The notes under the pieces were generated by a model. That model was not told where the DNA came from. It worked only from the letters and a program-made list of their open reading frames with translations, and did no database searches. 64,000 nt of DNA from positions 266,175-330,174 of the forward strand of contig CAVSOU010000017.1 in the NCBI GenBank assembly GCA_963729625.1, read 5' to 3'. The position numbers and the translations under genes are program-made. Below, in pieces: positions 59,001-64,000 of this stretch; position 1 is the stretch's first letter; every line of letters starts with the position of its first letter. Origin of the DNA: an uncultured bacterium. GTDB taxonomy: Bacteria > Chloroflexota > UBA5177 > JANWHV01.

Positions 59001-62000
59001 CGCCTTCACCTATGCGGCAGGCACTCTGACCATCGGCCAGACGACGTCGAGCACCACGGTGAGCACGAGCGGCAGCCCCTCGGCGTACGGCGACTCGGTG
59101 ACCTTCACCGCCAACGTCACGCCCAGCTCGGCTACCGGCACCGTCACCTTCATGGACGGCTCGACGACGCTCGGCGACGGCATCCTGAGCGGCGGCGTGG
59201 CCACCTTCTCCACCGCGGTTCTCCTGGTAGCCGGCAGCCCCCACGCGATCACCGCAGTCTACGGTGGCGACACCAACTATTCCGGCAGCACTTCCGATCC
59301 CGTGACGCAGGACGTGAATCAGGCGCAGACGACGGTCGCCTTGACCACCCTCGACGGCCTCACCAGCTACACATTCCTCACACCGGTAACCTTCGTGGCG
59401 ACGGTCTCGCCCGGCGCGGGCACGGGCACGGTGACCTTCTCCAACGGCGGCACCGTGCTGTGCCAGGACGTAATAGCCAGCTCCGGGACGGCAACCTGCC
59501 CGGATAACTACTTCGCTCTCGGCGACTACAAGATCACTGCGAGCTTCAGCGGTGACGCGAACTTCGCCGCCGGCAGCTCCAGCGAGCTCGACGTCACGGT
59601 CTCCAACGGCACGGCGACTCAGCTCGCGTTCATCCAGCAGCCAACTACCAGCGCGCCCGGCGTCGCGATTGCGCCGCCGGTCGTGGTGGCACTCGAAGAT
59701 CAATTCGGAGACATCATTCCGGACAGCAGTGCGAGCGTGCAGCTAGCGATCACGAGCGGTACCGGCAGCGCCGGCGCCACTCTGAGCGGCGGCGATGCGA
59801 TCAACTTCATCAATGGCGTGGCCACGTTCAGCAACGTGTCGATCGACATGCTGGGAACCGGCTACACCCTGACCGCGACGTCCGGCACTCTCAGCGGGAC
59901 GAGCCAGGCATTCGACATCGCGACCGCGGCGCCGTCGTACAAGCTGGCCTTTACGAGCCAGCCGGGTACGGCTACGTCCGGGCAGAGCATGGGACTGGTG
60001 ACGGTCGAGCTGCAGGACCAGCTCGGCAACCCGGTCGCGGGCGTGGCCGGCTCGGTGACGCTCAGCATCGCCGGCGACCCGAACGGCGCCATTCTGTCAG
60101 GCAACACGGCCAGCATCGACACGACTACCGGCGACGCCACGTTCACCAGCCCGATAATCACCGGACCGGCAGGCGACTACGCGCTGACCGCGACGGCAAG
60201 CGGCGACGCGGCATCCGCCACCATCGGGCCGATCACGCTCTCGGCTCCGCCGGCGGACACGCTGAGCTTCTGCCAGGCGCCGCCAGACGCCAGGGTTGGC
60301 GACGCTCTCGGCGTGGCCGTGTGCGCCGTCGATCCCTCGACGGGCATGACCGACGCGAACTTCCAGGGCTCGGTCACGCTGACGCTCCAGGCGGCGGACG
60401 GCACGAGCACGGGCACACTGCTAGGCACGAATCCGGAAACCGCGATCGGCGGCATGGCCCCGTTCGGCGACATCTCCGTGAGCAATGTGGGCAGCTACAC
60501 GCTGACCGCCTCGGCGTCCGGGCTGAGCGACGCCGTGAGCGACCCATTCACGATCGCGCCGGCCCTGGTGGGTACGACCCTGATCGTGGCCACGGCCACG
60601 GGCACGTACGGCGGCACGGCGACCCTTTCCGCCACACTGCTGGCCAGCGACAATCCGTTGGCCAACAAGTCCGTCGAGTTCTACCTGGGCACTACCGACG
60701 CCGGCCCTGCCACGACGGACGCGAACGGCGTGGCAACGCTGCCCGGTGTGAGCATGGCGGGGTTTGCCGCGGGCTATTACGGAAACGCAATTGACGCCAT
60801 CTTTAGCGGCGACACCGCGAACGCCTACGCCGAAAACTTCGGCGACCTGAGCGTGAGTCCGGCTGACGTAACGATTACCTGGACGGCGCCGGCGGCGATT
60901 ACCTACGGGACGGCGCTGGACGGGACGCAGCTGAATGCGACGGCCACGTTTGGCGGCAAGGACGTGGCGGGGACGTTTGTGTACAACCCGGCGGCGGGGA
61001 CGGTGCTGGACGCGGGCAGCGGCCAGAGTTTGGCGGTGACCTTCACGCCGACGGACACGCAGGACTACAACCCGGCGAGCGGGAGTGTGGAGATCAACGT
61101 CGGGAAGGCGCCGCTGACGGTCACGGCCGACAACAAGGGGATCACGTATGGGGACGCGCTGCCGGCGTACACGGGCGTGCTGCTGGGGGTAGTGAACAAG
61201 GACGACATCACGGCCCAGTACGCCAGTGTAGCGACGGGAGCGGCAGGCAGCTATCCGATCGTGCCGACGCTGGTGGATCCGGATAGCCGGCTGAGCAACT
61301 ACGCGGTGACGAGCACCGAGGGCACGCTGACCATCAGCATGGCGGGGGTGACGATTACCTGGACGGCGCCTTCGGACATCGGGTACGGGACGGCGCTGGA
61401 CGGGACGCAGCTGAATGCGACGGCCACGTTTAGCGGCAAGGACGTGGCGGGGACGTTTGTGTACAACCCGGCGGCGGGGACGGTGCTGAACGCTGGGAGT
61501 GGGCAGACGCTGGCGGTGACCTTCACGCCGACGGACACGCAGGACTACAACCCGGCGAGCGGGAGTGTGGAGATCAACGTCGGGAAGGCGCCGCTGACGG
61601 TCACGGCCGACAACAAGGGGATCACGTATGGGGACGCGCTGCCGGCGTACACGGGCGTGCTGCTGGGGGTAGTGAACAAGGACGACATCACGGCCCAGTA
61701 CGCCAGTGTAGCGACGGGAGCGGCAGGCAGCTATCCGATCGTGCCGACGCTGGTGGATCCGGATAGCCGGCTGAGCAACTACGCGGTGACGAGCACCGAG
61801 GGCACGCTGACCATCAGCATGGCGGGGGTGACGATTACCTGGACGGCGCCTTCGGACATCGGGTACGGGACGGCGCTGGACGGGACGCAGCTGAATGCGA
61901 CGGCCACATTTGGTGGCAAGGACGTGGCAGGGACGTTTGTGTACAACCCGGCGGCGGGGACGGTGCTGAACGCTGGGAGTGGGCAGACGCTGGCGGTGAC

Positions 62001-64000
62001 CTTCACGCCGACGGACACGCAGGACTACAACCCGGCGAGCGGGAGTGTGGAGATCAACGTCGGGAAGGCGCCGCTGACGGTCACGGCCGACAACAAGGGG
62101 ATCACGTATGGGGACGCGCTGCCGGCGTACACGGGCGTGCTGCTGGGGGTAGTGAACAAGGACGACATCACGGCCCAGTACGCCAGTGTAGCGACGGGAG
62201 CGGCAGGCAGCTATCCGATCGTGCCGACGCTGGTGGATCCGGATAGCCGGCTGAGCAACTACGCGGTGACGAGCACCGAGGGCACGCTGACCATCAGCAT
62301 GGCGGGGGTGACGATTACCTGGACGGCGCCTTCGGACATCGGGTACGGGACGGCGCTGGACGGGACGCAGCTGAATGCGACGGCCACGTTTAGCGGCAAG
62401 GACGTGGCGGGGACGTTTGTGTACAACCCGGCGGCGGGGACGGTGCTGAACGCTGGGAGTGGGCAGACGCTGGCGGTGACCTTCACGCCGACGGACACGC
62501 AGGACTACAACCCGGCGAGCGGGAGTGTGGAGATCAACGTCGGGAAGGCGCCGCTGACGGTCACGGCCGACAACAAGGGGATCACGTATGGGGACGCGCT
62601 GCCGGCGTACACGGGCGTGCTGCTGGGGGTAGTGAACAAGGACGACATCACGGCCCAGTACGCCAGTGTAGCGACGGGAGCGGCAGGCAGCTATCCGATC
62701 GTGCCGACGCTGGTGGATCCGGATAGCCGGCTGAGCAACTACGCGGTGACGAGCACCGAGGGCACGCTGACCATCAGCATGGCGGGGGTGACGATTACCT
62801 GGACGGCGCCTTCGGACATCGGGTACGGGACGGCGCTGGACGGGACGCAGCTGAATGCGACGGCCACATTTGGTGGCAAGGACGTGGCAGGGACGTTTGT
62901 GTACAACCCGGCGGCGGGGACGGTGCTGAACGCTGGGAGTGGGCAGACGCTGGCGGTGACGTTCACGCCGACGGACACGCAGGACTACAACCCGGCGAGC
63001 GGGAGTGTGGAGATCAACGTCGGGAAGGCGCCGCTGACGGTCACGGCCGACAACAAGGGGATCACGTATGGGGACGCGCTGCCGGCGTACACGGGCGTGC
63101 TGCTGGGGGTAGTGAACAAGGACGACATCACGGCCCAGTACGCCAGTGTAGCGACGGGAGCGGCAGGCAGCTATCCGATCGTGCCGACGCTGGTGGATCC
63201 GGATAGCCGGCTGAGCAACTACGCGGTGACGAGCACCGAGGGCACGCTGACCATCAGCATGGCGGGGGTGACGATTACCTGGACGGCGCCTTCGGACATC
63301 GGGTACGGGACGGCGCTGGACGGACGCAGCTGAATGCGACGGCCACGTTTAGCGGCAAGGACGTGGCGGGGACGTTTGTGTACAACCCGGCGGCGGGGAC
63401 GGTGCTGGACGCTGGGAGTGGGCAGACGCTGGCGGTGACCTTCACGCCGACGGACACGCAGGACTACAACCCGGCGAGCGGGAGTGTGGAGATCAACGTC
63501 GGGAAGGCGCCGCTGACGGTCACGGCCGACAACAAGGGGATCACGTATGGGGACGCGCTGCCGGCGTACACGGGCGTGCTGCTGGGGGTAGTGAACAAGG
63601 ACAACATCACGGCCCAGTACGCCAGTGTAGCGACGGGAGCGGCAGGCAGCTATCCGATCGTGCCGACGCTGGTGGATCCGGATAGCCGGCTGAGCAACTA
63701 CGCGGTGACGAGCACCGAGGGCACGCTGACCATCAGCATGGCGGGGGTGACGATTACCTGGACGGCGCCTTCGGACATCGGGTACGGGACGGCGCTGGAC
63801 GGGACGCAGCTGAATGCGACGGCCACGTTTAGCGGCAAGGACGTGGCGGGGACGTTTGTGTACAACCCGGCGGCGGGGACGGTGCTGAACGCTGGGAGTG
63901 GGCAGACGCTGGCGGTGACGTTCACGCCGACGGACACGCAGGACTACAACCCGGCGAGCGGGAGTGTGGAGATCAACGTCGGGAAGGCGCCGCTGACGGT
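56092..64000 (+). CDS. giant secreted Ig-like/MBG repeat adhesin, partial at the 3' end, with a -1 frameshift at ~63322
   Basis: Signal peptide; Thr/Ala/Gly-rich beta-sandwich repeats; Big_3-like (STYGDSVTFTA.V...G..TF.DG) and MBG-like (APLTVTADDK...YG) modules. The repeat continues intact after the one-base deletion. Confidence 0.85.
56641..58515 (+). repeat. 627-bp (209-aa) coding repeat, 3 copies
   Basis: TKLAITTISPASPTAG begins at 56641, 57268 and 57895. Confidence 0.95.
60871..64000 (+). repeat. 480-bp (160-aa) near-identical coding tandem repeat, at least 6.5 copies
   Basis: ACGATTACCTGGACGGCGCC begins at 60871, 61351, 61831, 62311, 62791, 63271 and 63750. Confidence 0.98.

Noticed and set aside
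1-64000. tRNA, rRNA, transposase, integrase or prophage genes
   Set aside because: None was recognised on either strand.

Overview
This is a GC-rich bacterial window with monoderm-type gene content. Chloroflexota is a plausible source, inferred from the Pro/Thr linkers, GAF proteins and Tat-like binding-protein leaders. From 0.4 to 15 kb it holds a FecR/beta-helix protein, a carbohydrate ABC importer and a peptide ABC importer with an extra divergent permease pair. From 15 to 24 kb it holds two GH26 hydrolases and a BlaI/CopY-M56 protease pair, whose probable operator (TACTAC-N6-GTAGTA) appears twice, in front of a TlpA redoxin and a tandem sulfocyanin-like blue-copper protein. From 24 to 64 kb it looks like a biofilm-matrix island. 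It contains a glycosyltransferase cluster, glmS, and a pelD-E-F-G synthase operon with no pelA/B/C. Around it sit enzymes resembling those that process fungal galactosaminogalactan (GAG): two Agd3/CE18-like deacetylases, a GH114/GH166-type hydrolase and a secreted Sph3(GH135)-Ega3(GH114) fusion. It also holds an unusual GAF-GAF-HisKA-GH135 chimera, a PilZ protein, pseudo-receiver regulators and a giant Ig/MBG tandem-repeat adhesin that runs off the window end. All family calls come from recognising motifs by eye; no database search was run.
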